Assembly: GCA_951406725.2 (NCBI GenBank)
Contig: OX597814.1
Span: 212,536,001 to 212,600,000 of the forward strand
DNA: 64,000 bases
Source of the DNA: Octopus vulgaris
Taxonomy: Eukaryota
Direction of reading: 5' to 3'
A model generated the notes under the pieces. It did not search any database and had not been told where the DNA came from. It was given only the letters and a program-made list of their open reading frames with translations. The position numbers and the translations under genes are program-made. Of the stretch, positions 42,772 to 55,400 are shown in pieces (the stretch's first letter is position 1; the number at the start of each line of letters is the position of its first letter).

Positions 42772-43989
42772 TGGTTTTCCTGATTACTTGTCAAGAATCT
42801 GCACCTTTATAGTCAAAAGCCACAAATGGTGGTATAGTAATAGAAGAAATTGTAATACGGGAACTTGGACCGGAATCTTTTTCAGAAATTTGAACTTGAA
42901 TCGCCATATCAAAGCTTACAGATCTTCTCGGTGCGGTTGCGTCTGTACCTCTATTTGTTCCCTCTGAAGTTGAAGTCGTGTGAGTAACTTTATCAGCTCA
43001 CAGCTTTGTTTTGCCATTGTTATCAACGTAAAAATAAATGATTGCTTTGTCTAAAACTAAGCTTGTGTACAAAACTGGTTGTTTTCTTTTCAAATAATTA
43101 TATCTGAGGTAAAATATCCACTCCGAATTTTTCTTATCCTATCGTAAGTCCACTTCACAAAAACGAAGACAGTGTCTTATCGGCGACGCCAGTTTGTTAA
43201 ATTTGTCTAGTTTGCTTACAAAGAACAGAGCAATAATCCATACAGTTGTGTTGGCTGTTGTTCAATATACTTCTCTCCTTTATTCGTAAAGAAGAAAACA
43301 GAGTGATACTCCAGATAGGTGTGAAGTCTGTTTATTCCAACTGTAAAATTCAAGACTTTAATATTAACGTAAACCAAAAGTCAAGATGCCTTGTGAGCGC
43401 TCTCGCGAGTTCCAGAACTTTAAATTCTATTGGCTGGGGATCTCCACAACTGTCTATGAATATTAGACCTATTATTAACAATAACTACTTAAATTATAGA
43501 TTTTATAATCCTGGAAGTAATCCTTAATACTATTATTAACCACAATTTTTCTAAAGAAAATCATCTTAAGTAAATTTGCATTTGAAAATTCATATGTCTC
43601 CTTATTTGGTATTTCTCAACGTACATACAAATACAGTTTGACCAGTAATGAAATTCATTTAAGGAGTTTTAAATAGACAAACATATCGGGTTTTATAGTG
43701 AGAATGTGAGGTTTTGATATTACATATATTAGCACCCACTTAATATATGTTTTAAGTCTTGATTCAAATAGGCAAATGCAAGAACAAATAAAATAATCCT
43801 AAAATGATAACTAAAAGAAAATCTATGTACTTGTAACATATTTTTTAGTTTTTATATCAGCTAGTGAACAGTACATATATGATTATTACGATTTAGTGTT
43901 TATGAATATCTGAGTCATTTTGTATGAAACAAATTGTATAGCAATATGAAAAATAAAAGCAATAATTCATTTTAAAATCTAATCTTTAT

Positions 43990-44940
43990 ATATAGGAGAG
44001 TATTGTAATTCACTGGAAGCATTGTGTATTGTTTGTGAAATATAACGTGTCTTGAATGGCACAACAATGCAGAGCGGACTATAATAACGGTTATAATTTA
44101 ATTACCCATTGTCTGATATAATAATATTTCTGACTATGAAAGTTCCTTCTTCAGATATCGCTAGGAATTGATCGAGTCACTGCTATAATCGGTTTTCCAA
44201 CGGTTACTGAATTGTTTGCTTTTTTCTTTCTGGAAGCGTCTCTGCAGTGGTCTCACAACTTTTCTTCTGGAATTCCTCATGAGAAGTTCGTGAGGACGGC
44301 AATGTCTCAAGCTCGTGTGTGTTGGCACATCCACAGCGCTGCTTCTAAGTAATGTATTATAAGTGCAATTTCTTTTTGTTTTTTTTTATGATACATGAGC
44401 ATGTTTTCAAAAATGAATCTACACGCATGCAGATGTAGCTAAATAATGTATTAATTTCCAAACTCCAGCATGTTGTTAATTTGGGACCCTAGTTTGTCTA
44501 TGAGGATAATTTCCTTAATTCTTAGATTACCCAAATTTCTTTCATAGGCCTCAATTGTGACTGTTATGCTTTTATCGATGTTCTGGCATCAGTCTAGATG
44601 TTTTCTGAAGGAGGGGGCTCTCGTGCGCAGATGTTCTTTGATGCGAATGTGTAACGGTCTTGTGCTACCCACATAGAATCATCATCATTATCATCATTGT
44701 TCGACCGTGGTCGAGACAATGGTAGTTACCATGCTACGCTAGATTTCACGGTCCATCATGGCATTACGGAGGTCCTGTTGCTGGATGCCTGTATCCCTGG
44801 AGATTACATCAGGGTAGGAGAGTGTGCGCCTTCTGGTATTGCGAGTAGATGACCCACATAGAAATTGTTGCATTTGTAACATTGTTTCTATACACAACAT
44901 TTACTCGTTGGCATAATGTGTGTCATACACTTCCTAGAGA
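43990..44940 (-). mobile_element. Penelope-like element 3' fragment (GIY-YIG endonuclease plus pseudo-LTR), interrupted by an RTE insertion
   Basis: After removing 44679-44863, the minus strand reads NVVYR-QCYKCNNFYVGSTRPLHIRIKEHL (with a frameshift). It continues into a 3' region homologous to 45500-45880. Confidence 0.85.
44679..44851 (-). mobile_element. 5'-truncated RTE-type LINE 3' end with 12-bp TSD
   Basis: ACCCACATAGAA at 44667-44678 and 44852-44863. Minus strand encodes ...TLSYPDVISRDTGIQQQDLRNAMMDREI*RSMV... followed by a (TGA)n tail. Confidence 0.85.
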
Positions 44941-44969
44941 TATTGTAAACTAACCGTACCCTACATCTA

Positions 44970-45883
44970 TTGTAAATCGGCTTAAGTTGCCCAAGACGAC
45001 AAACATGCCGAGCACATAGAAAACCCAGTAACACATGCTTTCTTAAAATACCCGATTTTAGGGAGAGGATATATACAGATATCCGAAGAGCCATAAGGAG
45101 AGAAGTATTAGGCATACAACTAGCCCACTCCAGAACCTCTTTGAGAAAACAGCTAGCAAAGAAATAAGTAGTAAGAGACAGCAATCAATGCACACTAGCT
45201 CGCTGACCCCTCAGTGACACAGATTTATGCCAATGTAACAAAAGCAGCATTTTATGTGGCTAGCACAACAAGACCGTTACACATTCGCATCAAAGAACAT
45301 CTGAGGACGAGAGCCTCCTCCTTCAGAAAACATCTAGACAGATGCCGGAACACTGACAAAAGCATAACCATCAAAAGTGAGGCCAATGAAAGAAATTTGG
45401 GTAGTCTAAGAACTAAGGAAGCTATCCTCGTAGACAAACTAGGGCTCCATATTAACACCAGGCTGGAGGTTGGCAATCATTATATTATTTAGCTACATCT
45501 GGATGCGTGTAGATTCATTTTCGATAACATGTTCACGCAATACTAAAAAAAAAGAAACTGCACTTATAATGCATGACTTAGAAGAGGCGCTGTGGATGTG
45601 CCAACACACACGAGCTCGTGATTTGGCCAGCATCACACACTTGTCATGAGGAATTACGGAAGGAGTTTCGTGAGACCACTGCAGAGACGCTTCCAGAAAG
45701 AAAAAAAAACAAACAACTTCAGTAAGCGTTGGAAAACTGATTATAGCAGTGACTCGATCAATTCCTAGCGATATCTGAAGAAGGAACTTTCATATTTACG
45801 GAATATTATTATTATATCAGACTATGGATAATTAAATTGAAACAGTTATTATAGTCCACTCTGCATTGTTGTGCCATCCAAGA

Positions 45884-45888
<5 letters not shown>
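44970..45888 (+). mobile_element. Penelope-like element 3' fragment (thumb/linker, GIY-YIG, pseudo-LTR) ending in (TA)n
   Basis: FLKIPDFRERIYTDIRRAIRRE...CTLAR*PLSDTDLC, then FYVASTTRPLHIRIKEHL...LRTKEAILVDKLGLHINTR (ORF 45214-45492). Stops and frameshifts are present. Confidence 0.88.
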
Positions 45889-45979
<91 letters not shown>

Positions 45980-46027
45980 TATGTATATATATAAATATAT
46001 ATATATATATATACATACATACATACA

Positions 46028-46075
<48 letters not shown>
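45889..46075. repeat. (TA)n tract between the convergent PLE and H element
   Basis: Directly visible. Confidence 0.9.
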
Positions 46076-46501
46076 CATTCAACAATATAAGGAATGGCCC
46101 TGATAGGCCATTTGACTCACTAGAAAGAGCAGCCAAACTCAAACCGCTAAATAGTTGTAATTCTGAAATTGGATGAGAAACAAAAACATTTACCCTTTTC
46201 GTCTCTGGACTATGCATAGTTTCGACAAACTTGTAAACAAATTAATTCAATTAAATTAAATTTGCTTACAACTGGCGTGTCTCATCAGCAGAGAAACCTA
46301 GGACGAGGCTACAGCAAGGAAGCCTCAAGCCTATATGCTCTAAGTTTTCAAAATCCAAAATTTATATATAGAAAAGATATATATAAAAATAATTACAAAA
46401 AATGTAATTATAATAAAGGTCGCTGAAGTGACAACGCATCTACGCTAGAAATAGACGCCAAATGGACTATAAACGTCATACATCTCTATGCATATACTGA
46501 G
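46076..46501 (-). mobile_element. HHR-bearing element H, copy with intact ribozyme
   Basis: Reverse complement of 27224-27636 with an extra 11 bp near 46310. Confidence 0.8.
46202..46294 (-). ncRNA. Type I hammerhead ribozyme with canonical core and 58-nt stem II
   Basis: TCTCTG-CTGATGA-GACA cgccag TTGTAAGCAAATT t AATTT aatt GAATT AATTTGTTTACAA gtt TGTC-GAAA-CTATGCATAG-TC^CAGAGA. All core nucleotides and all three stems are present. Confidence 0.85.
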
Positions 46502-48045
46502 AATGTTCATCGAAAATTTTACCTAAAAATGTTCCGAAAATTATACCCAAAAATGTTTCGAAAATTTTCACCGAAAATATTGCCCCAAAATTTTTCGAAA
46601 ATGTACACAGAAAATTTTACCCAAAAATTTTACCAGAAAATGTTTAGAAAATTTTCACCGAAAATTTTGCCCAAAAATTTTTCGAAAAGTTTCACCGAAA
46701 ATTTTACCAAAAAATTTTTCGAAAATTTTACCCAAAAATATTTTCAACGAAAGGTTTACCCAAAAATTTTTGGAAAACTTTCATCCAAAATTTTACCCAA
46801 AAATGTTTCGAAAATGTACACCGAAAATTTTACCCAAAACATTTCCGAAAATTTTACCCAAAAATGTTTCGAAAATTTTCACCGAAAATTTTAACCAAAA
46901 ATTTTTCGAAACTTTTTACGGAAAATTTTACCCAAAAATTTTTCGAAAATGTTCATCGAAAATTTTACCCAAAAATATTTTCAACGAAAAGTTTACCCAA
47001 AAATTTTTGGAAAACTTTCATCCAAAATTTTACCCAAAAATTTTTTTCGAAACTTTTAACCGAAAATTTAAGCCAAAAATTTTTCGAAAATGTTCATTGA
47101 AAATTTTACCTAAAAATGATTCGAAAATTTTCACCGAAAATTTTACCCTAAAATTTTTGCCGTAAATGTTCACCGAAAATTTTACCCAAAAATATTTCGA
47201 AAATTTTCACCAAAAGTTTTCCCGAAAATTTTACCCAAAAATTTTTCGAAAATTTCACCGAAAATTTTACCCAAAAATTTTTAGAAAATTCCCGCAAAAA
47301 TTTTACCCGAAAATTTTCCGAAAACCCGAAAATTTTTGTCGAAAATGTTCACTGAAAATTTTATACAAAAGTTTTAAAACTTTCCTCCAAAAATTTTACC
47401 CTAAAATTTTTGCCGGAAATGTTCATGGAAAATTTTATCCAAAAATTTTTCGAAAATTTTCACCAAAAATTTAACGCAAAGATTTTTGGAAAATTTTCAC
47501 CGAAAATTTTACCCTAATATTTTTGGAAAATTTTCACCGAAAATTTTAGCCAAAAATTTTCCGAAAATGTTCACCGAAAATTCTACCCAAAAGCGTTTCG
47601 AAAATTTTCACCTAAAATATTTACCAAAAATTATTCGAAACATTTTACCGAAAATTTAACCCAAAAATGTTTCGAAAATTTCATCGAAAATTATGCCCAA
47701 AAACTTTTCTAAAAGTTTTACCGAAAATTTTACTAAAAATATTTCGAAAATTTTACCCAAAAATTTTTCTAAAAGTTTTACCGAAAATTTTACCCAAAAA
47801 TGTTTCGAAAATTTTCACCGAAAATTTTACCTAAAAATTTTTTCGAAACTTTTAACCGAAAATTTAACCAAAAAATTTTTCGAAAATGTTCATTGAAAAT
47901 TTTACCAAGAAATGATTCGAAAATTTTACCCTAAAATTTTTGCCGTAAATGTTAACCGAAAATTTTACCCAAAATGTTTCGAAAATTTTCACCAAAAGTT
48001 TTACCCGAAAATTTTACCCAAAAATTTTTCTAAAATTTTTCTATA

Positions 48046-48083
<38 letters not shown>

Positions 48084-48089
48084 CATACA

Positions 48090-48121
<32 letters not shown>

Positions 48122-51100
48122 CATCTATATATTACGGAAAATTTTACCCAAAAATTTTTCGAAAATGTTCACCGAAAATTTTACCCAAAAATTTTCCGAA
48201 AATGTTCACCGAAAATTTTACCCAAAAACGTTTCGAAAATTTTCACCGAAAATATTTACCAAAAATTTTTCGAAAATATTCCACGAATATTTTACCCAAA
48301 AATTTTTCTGAAAGTTTCACCGAAAAGTTTGCCCAAAAATTGAACCGAAAATTATACCTAGAAATGTTTCGAAAATTTTCATCGAAAATTTTAACCAAAA
48401 ATTTTTGAAAATTTTACTCAAAAATGTTTCGAAAATTTCATCGAAAATTATGCCCAAAAACTTTTCTAAAAGTTTTACCGAAAATTTTACTAAAAATATT
48501 TCGAAAATTTTCACCGAAAATTTTACCCAAAAATTTTTCTAAAAGTTTTACCGAAAATTTTACCCAAAAATGTTTCGAAAATTTTCACCGAAAATTTTGC
48601 CCAAAAATTTTTGGAAACTTTTAACCGAAAATTTAACCGAAAAATTTTTCGAAAATGTTCATTGAAAATTTTACCTAGAAATGATTCGAAAATTTTCACC
48701 GAAAATTTTACCCTAAAATTTTTGCCGTAAATGTTCACCGAAAATTTTACCCAAAAATATTTCGAAAATTTTAACCGAAAATTTAACCGAAAATTTTTCG
48801 AAAATGTTCATTGAAAATTTTACCTAGAAATGATTCGAAAATTTTCACCGAAAATTTTACCCTAAAATTTTTGCCGTAAATGTTCACCGAAAATTTTACC
48901 CAAAAATGTTTCTAAAATTTTCACTAAAAGTTTTACCCTAAAATTTTACCCAAAAATTTTTCGAAAATTTCACCGAAAATTTTACCCAAAAATTTTTCGA
49001 AAATTTTACCCAAAAACGTTTCGAAAATTTTCACCGAAAATATTTACCAAAATTTTTCTAAAATATCCTACGAATATTTTACCCAAAAATTTTTCTAAGA
49101 GTTCCACCGAAAAGTTTGCCCAAAAATTTTCTCCGAAACTTTTACCTAAAAATGTTTCGAAAATTTTCATCCAAAATTTTAACCAAAAATTTTTCGAAAA
49201 TTTTACCCAAAAATGTTTCGAAAACTTTCCGAAATTTTTACCCTAATATTTTTGTGGAAAATGTTCACCGAAAATTTTATACAAAAATTTTTCGAAAATT
49301 TTCACCAAAAATTTAACGCAAAATTTTTCGAAAATTTTCACCGAAAATTTTACCCTAATATTTTTCGAAAATGTTCACCGAAAATTTTACCCAAAAACGT
49401 TTCGAAAATTTTGACCGAAAATATTTATCAAAAATTTTTCGAAAATATTCTACGAATATTTTAACCAAAAATTTTTCTAAAAGTTTCACCGAAAACTTTG
49501 CCCAAAAATTTTCTCCGAAAATTTTACCCAAAAATGTTTCGAAAATTTTCACCGAAAATTTTACCAAAAAATTTTTTCGAGACTTTTAACCGAAAATTTA
49601 ACCCCAAAATTTTTCGAAAATGTTCATTGAAAATTTTACCTAAAAATGATTCGAAAATTTTACCCTAAAATTTTTGCCGTAAATGTTCACCGAAAATTTT
49701 ACCCAAAATTTTACCCAAAATTTTCCGAAAATTTTACCCAAAATTCTTGCCGGAAATGTTCACCGAAAATTTTATCCAAAAATTTTCCGAAAATTTTACC
49801 CTAAAATTTTTGCCGGAAATGTTCACCGAAAATTTTATCCAAAAATTTTTCGAAAATTTTCACCAAAAATTTAACGCAAAAATTTTTCGAAAATGTTCAT
49901 CGAAAATTTTACCCAAAAACGTTTCGAAAATTTTCACCGAAAATATTTACCAAAAATTTTCCTAAAATATTCTACGAATATTTTACACAAAAATTCTTCT
50001 AAAAGTTCCACCGAAAAGTTTGCCCAAAAATTTTCTCCGAAACTTTTACCTAAAAATGTTTCGAAAATTTTCATCCAAAATTTTAACCAAAAATTTTTCG
50101 AAAATTTTACCCAAAAATGTTTCGAAAACTTTCCGAAAATTTAACCCTAAAATTTTTTGTGGAAAATGTTCACCGAAAATTTTATACAAAAATTTTTCGA
50201 AAATTTTCTCCAAAATTTTACCCTAAAATTTTTGCCGAAAATGTTCACCGAAAATTTTATACAAAAATTTTTCGAAAATTTTCACCAAAAATTTAACGCA
50301 AAAATTTTTCGAAAATTTTCACCGAAAATTTTACCCTAATATTTTACCCTAAAATTTTTCGAGAATGTTCATTGAAAATTTTACCAGAAATGATTCGAAA
50401 ATTTTCACCGAAAATTTTACCCTAAAATTTTTGCCGTAAATGTTCACCGAAAATTTTACCCAAAAAATGTTTCGAAAATTTTCACCAAAAATTTTACCCG
50501 AAAATTTTACCCAAAAATTTTTCGAAAATTTCACCGAAAATTTTACCCAAAATTTTTCGAAAATTTTCAGAAAATTTTACCCGAAAATTTTACCCTTAAA
50601 TTTTTGTCGAAAATGTTCACCGAAAATTTTATAGAAAAATTTTTCGAAAATTTTCTCCAAAATTTTACCCTAAAATTTTTGCCGAAAATGTTCACCGAAA
50701 ATTTTATCCAAAAATGTTTCGAAAATTTTCACCAAAAATTTAACGCAAAATTTTTTTGAAAATTTTCATCTAAATTTTACCCGAAAATTTTTCGAAAATT
50801 TTACTTAAATTTTGCCGAAAAATTTACCCAAATTAACCGAAAATTTTACCCAATTTAACCGAAAAATTTACCCAATTTAACAGAAAATTTTACCTAAAAA
50901 TTTTTCGAAAGTTTTCAACGAAAATTTTGCCCAAAAATTTTTCGAAAATTTTCACCGAAAGTTTTTGGAAAATTTTTGCCGAAAAATTGAACCGAAAATT
51001 TTACCCAAAAATTTACCCAAATTAACCGAAAATTTTTACCTAAAATTTTTCGAAAATGTTCTCAGAAAATTTTACACAAAAAGTTTTTCGAAAATTTTCA

Positions 51101-52374
51101 CCAAAAATTTTTCGAAAATTTTTACCAAAAATCTTACCCGAAAATTTTACCAAAAACTCTTTTCGAAAATTTTTGAAAATTTTCGGTGGAAATTTTACCC
51201 AAAAATGTTTCGAAAATTTTCACCGAAAATTTTAACCAAAAATTTTTCGAAACTTTTTTACGAAAATTTTACCCAAAAATTTTTCGAAAATGTTCATCGA
51301 AAATTTTACCCAAAAATATTTTCAACGAAAAGTTTACCCAAAAATTTTTTGAAAACTTTCATCCAAAATTTTACCCAAAAATTTTTTCGAAACTTTTAAC
51401 CGAAAATTTAAGCCAAAAATTTTTCGAAAATGTTCATTGAAAATTTTACCTAAAAATGATTCGAAAATTTTCACCGAAAATTTTACCCTAAAATTTTTGC
51501 CGTAAATGTTCACCGAAAATTTTACTAAAAAATTTTTCGAAAATTTCACCGAAAATTTTACCCAAAAATTTTTCGAAAATTTTCACCGAAAATTTTACCC
51601 AAAAATTTTTAGAAAATTCCCGCAAAAATTTTACCCGAAAATTTTCCGAAAACCCGAAAATTTTTGTCGAAAATGTTCACTGAAAATTTTATACAAAAGT
51701 TTTGGAAACTTTTCCTCCAAAAATTTTACCCTAAAATTTTTGCCGGAAATGTTCATGGAAAATTTTATCCAAAATTTTCGAAAATTTTCACCAAAAATTT
51801 AACGCAAAGATTTTTGGAAAATTTTCACCGAAAATTTTACCCTAATATTTTTGGAAAATTTTCACCGAAAATTTTAGCCAAAAATTTTCCGAAAATGTTC
51901 ACCGAAAATTCTACCCAAAAGCGTTTCGAAAATTTTCACCTAAAATATTTACCAAAAATTATTCGAAACATTTTACCGAAAATTTAACCCAAAAATGTTT
52001 CGAAAATTTCATCGAAAATTATGCCCAAAAACTTTTCTAAAAGTTTTACCGAAAATTTTACTAAAAATATTTCGAAAATTTTACCCAAAAATTTTTCTAA
52101 AAGTTTTACCGAAAATTTTACCCAAAAATGTTTCGAAAATTTTCACCGAAAATTTTACCTAAAAATTCTTTCGAAACTTTTAACCGAAAATTTAACCAAA
52201 AATTTTTCGAAAATGTTCATTGAAAATTTTACCAAGAAAATGATTCGAAAATTTTACCCTAAAATTTTTGCCGTAAATGTTAACCGAAAATTTTACCCAA
52301 AAATGTTTCGAAAATTTTCACCAAAAGTTTTACCTGAAAATTTTACCCAAAAATTTTTCTAAAATTTTTTCATA

Positions 52375-52414
<40 letters not shown>

Positions 52415-52420
52415 CATACA

Positions 52421-52452
<32 letters not shown>

Positions 52453-55400
52453 CATCTATATATTACGGAAAATTTTACCCAAAAATTTTTCGAAAATGTT
52501 CACCGAAAATTTTACCCAAAAATTTTTCGAAAATGTTCACCGAAAATTTTACCCAAAAAAACGTTTCGAAAATTTTCACCGAAAATATTTACCAAAAATT
52601 TTTCGAAAATATTCCACGAATATTTTACCCAAAAAATTTTTCTGAAAGTTTCACCGAAAAGTTTGCCCAAAAATTGAACCGAAAATTATACCTAGAAATG
52701 TTTCGAAAATTTTCATCGAAAATTTTAACCAAAAATTTTTTGGAAAATTTTACTCAAAAATGTTTCGAAAATTTCATCGAAAATTATGCCCAAAAACTTT
52801 TCTAAAAGTTTTACCGAAAATTTTACTAAAAATATTTCGAAAATTTTCACCGAAAATTTTACCCAAAAATTTTTCTAAAAGTTTTACCGAAAATTTTACC
52901 CAAAAATGTTTCGAAAATTTTCACCGAAAATTTTGCCCAAAAAATTTTTTGGAAACTTTTAACTGAAAATTTAACCGAAAAATTTTTCGAAAAATGTTCA
53001 TTGAAAATTTTACCTAGAAATGATTCGAAAATTTTCACCGAAAATTTTACCCAAAATTTTTGCCGTAAATGTTCACCGAAAATTTTACCCAAAAATATTT
53101 CGAAAATTTTAACCGAAAATTTAACCGAAAAATTTTTCGAAAATGTTCATTGAAAATTTTACCTAGAAATGATTCGAAAATTTTCACCGAAAATTTTACC
53201 CTAAAATTTTTGCCGTAAATGTTCACCGAAAATTTTACCCAAAAATGTTTCTAAAATTTTCACTAAAAGTTTTACCCTAAAATTTTACCCAAAAATTTTT
53301 CGAAAATTTCACCGAAAATTTTACCCAAAAATTTTTCGAAAATTTTACCCAAAAACGTTTCGAAAATTTTCACCGAAAATATTTACCAAAATTTTTCTAA
53401 AATATCCTACGAATATTTTACCCAAAAATTTTTCTAAGAGTTCCACCGAAAGTTTGCCCAAAAATTTTCTCCGAAACTTTTACCTAAAAATGTTTCGAAA
53501 ATTTTCATCCAAAATTTTAACCAAAAATTTTTCGAAAATTTTACCCAAAAATGTTTCGAAAACTTTCCGAAATTTTTACCCTAATATTTTTGTGGAAAAT
53601 GTTCACCGAAAATTTTATACAAAAATTTTTCGAAAATTTTCACCAAAAATTTAACGCAAAATTTTTCGAAAATTTTCACCGAAAATTTTACCCTAATATT
53701 TTTCGAAAATGTTCACCGAAAATTTTACCCAAAAACGTTTCGAAAATTTTGACCGAAAATATTTATCAAAATTTTTCGAAAATATTCTACGAATATTTTA
53801 CACAAAAATTCTTCTAAAAGTTCCACCGAAAAGTTTGCCCAAAAATTTTCTCCGAAACTTTTACCTAAAAATGTTTCGAAAATTTTCATCCAAAATTTTA
53901 ACCAAAAATTTTTCGAAAATTTTACCCAAAAATGTTTCGAAAACTTTCCGAAAATTTTAACCCTAAAATTTTTGTGGAAAATGTTCACCGAAAATTTTAT
54001 ACAAAATTTTTCGAAAATTTTCTCCAAAAATTTTACCCTAATATTTTTGCCGAAAATGTTCACCGAAAATTTTATACAAAAATTTTTCGAAAATTTTCAC
54101 CAAAAATTTAACGCAAAAATTTTTCGAAAATTTTCACCGAAAATTTTACCCTAATATTTTACCCTAAAATTTTTCGAGAATGTTCATTGAAAATTTTACC
54201 TAGAAATGATTCGAAAATTTTCACCGAAAATTTTACCCTAAAATTTTTCCGTAAATGTTCACCGAAAATTTTACCCAAAAATGTTTCGAAAATTTTCACC
54301 AAAAATTTTACCCGAAAATTTTACCCAAAAATTTTTCGAAAATTTCACCGAAAATTTTACCCAAAAATTTTTCGAAAATTTTCAGAAAATTTTTACCCGA
54401 AAATTTTACCCTTAAATTTTTGTCGAAAATGTTCACCGAAAATTTTATAGAAAAATTTTTCGAAAATTTTCTCCAAAAATTTTACCCTAAAATTTTTGCC
54501 GAAAATGTTCACCGAAAATTTTATCCAAAAATGTTTCGAAAATTTTCACCAAAAATTTAACGCAAAATTTTTTTGAAAATTTTCATCTAAATTTTACCCG
54601 AAAATTTTTCGAAAATTTTACTTAAATTTTGCCGAAAAATTTACCCAAATTAACCGAAAATTTTACCCAATTTAACCGAAAATTTTTCCCAAAAATTTAC
54701 CCAATTTAACAGAAAATTTTACCTAAAAATTTTTCGAAAGTTTTCAACGAAAATTTTGCCCAAAAATTTTTCGAAAATTTTCACCGAAAGTTTTTGGAAA
54801 ATTTTTGCCGAAAAATTGAACCGAAAATTTTACCCAAAAATTTACCCAAATTAACCGAAAGTTTTTACCTAAAATTTTTCGAAAATGTTCTCAGAAAATT
54901 TTACACAAAAGTTTTTCGAAAATTTTCACCAAAAATTCTTCGAAAATTTTTACCAAAAATCTTACCCGAAAATTTTACCAAAAACTCTTTCGAAAATTTT
55001 TTGAAAATTTTCGGTGGAAATTTTACCCAAAAATTTTTCGAAAATTTTACCCTAAAATTTTTGTCGAAAATTTTCAGCGAAAATTTTATACAAAAATTTT
55101 ACCCTAAAATTTTTGTCGAAAATTTTCAGCGAAAATTTTGTCCAAAAATTTTTCGAAAACTTTCACCGAAAATTTTACCCAAAACTTTTTCGAAAATTTT
55201 CACCGAAAGTTTTTGGAAAATTTTTGCCGAAAAATTGAACCGAAAATTTTACCCAAAAATTTTTCGAAAATTTTCACCGAAAATTTTACCCAAAATTTTT
55301 CGAAAATTTTCACCGAAAATTTTACCCAAAATTTTTCGAAAATTTTCACCAAAAATTTTACATTAAAATTTTCAGAAAATTTTCATCGAAAATTTTACCC

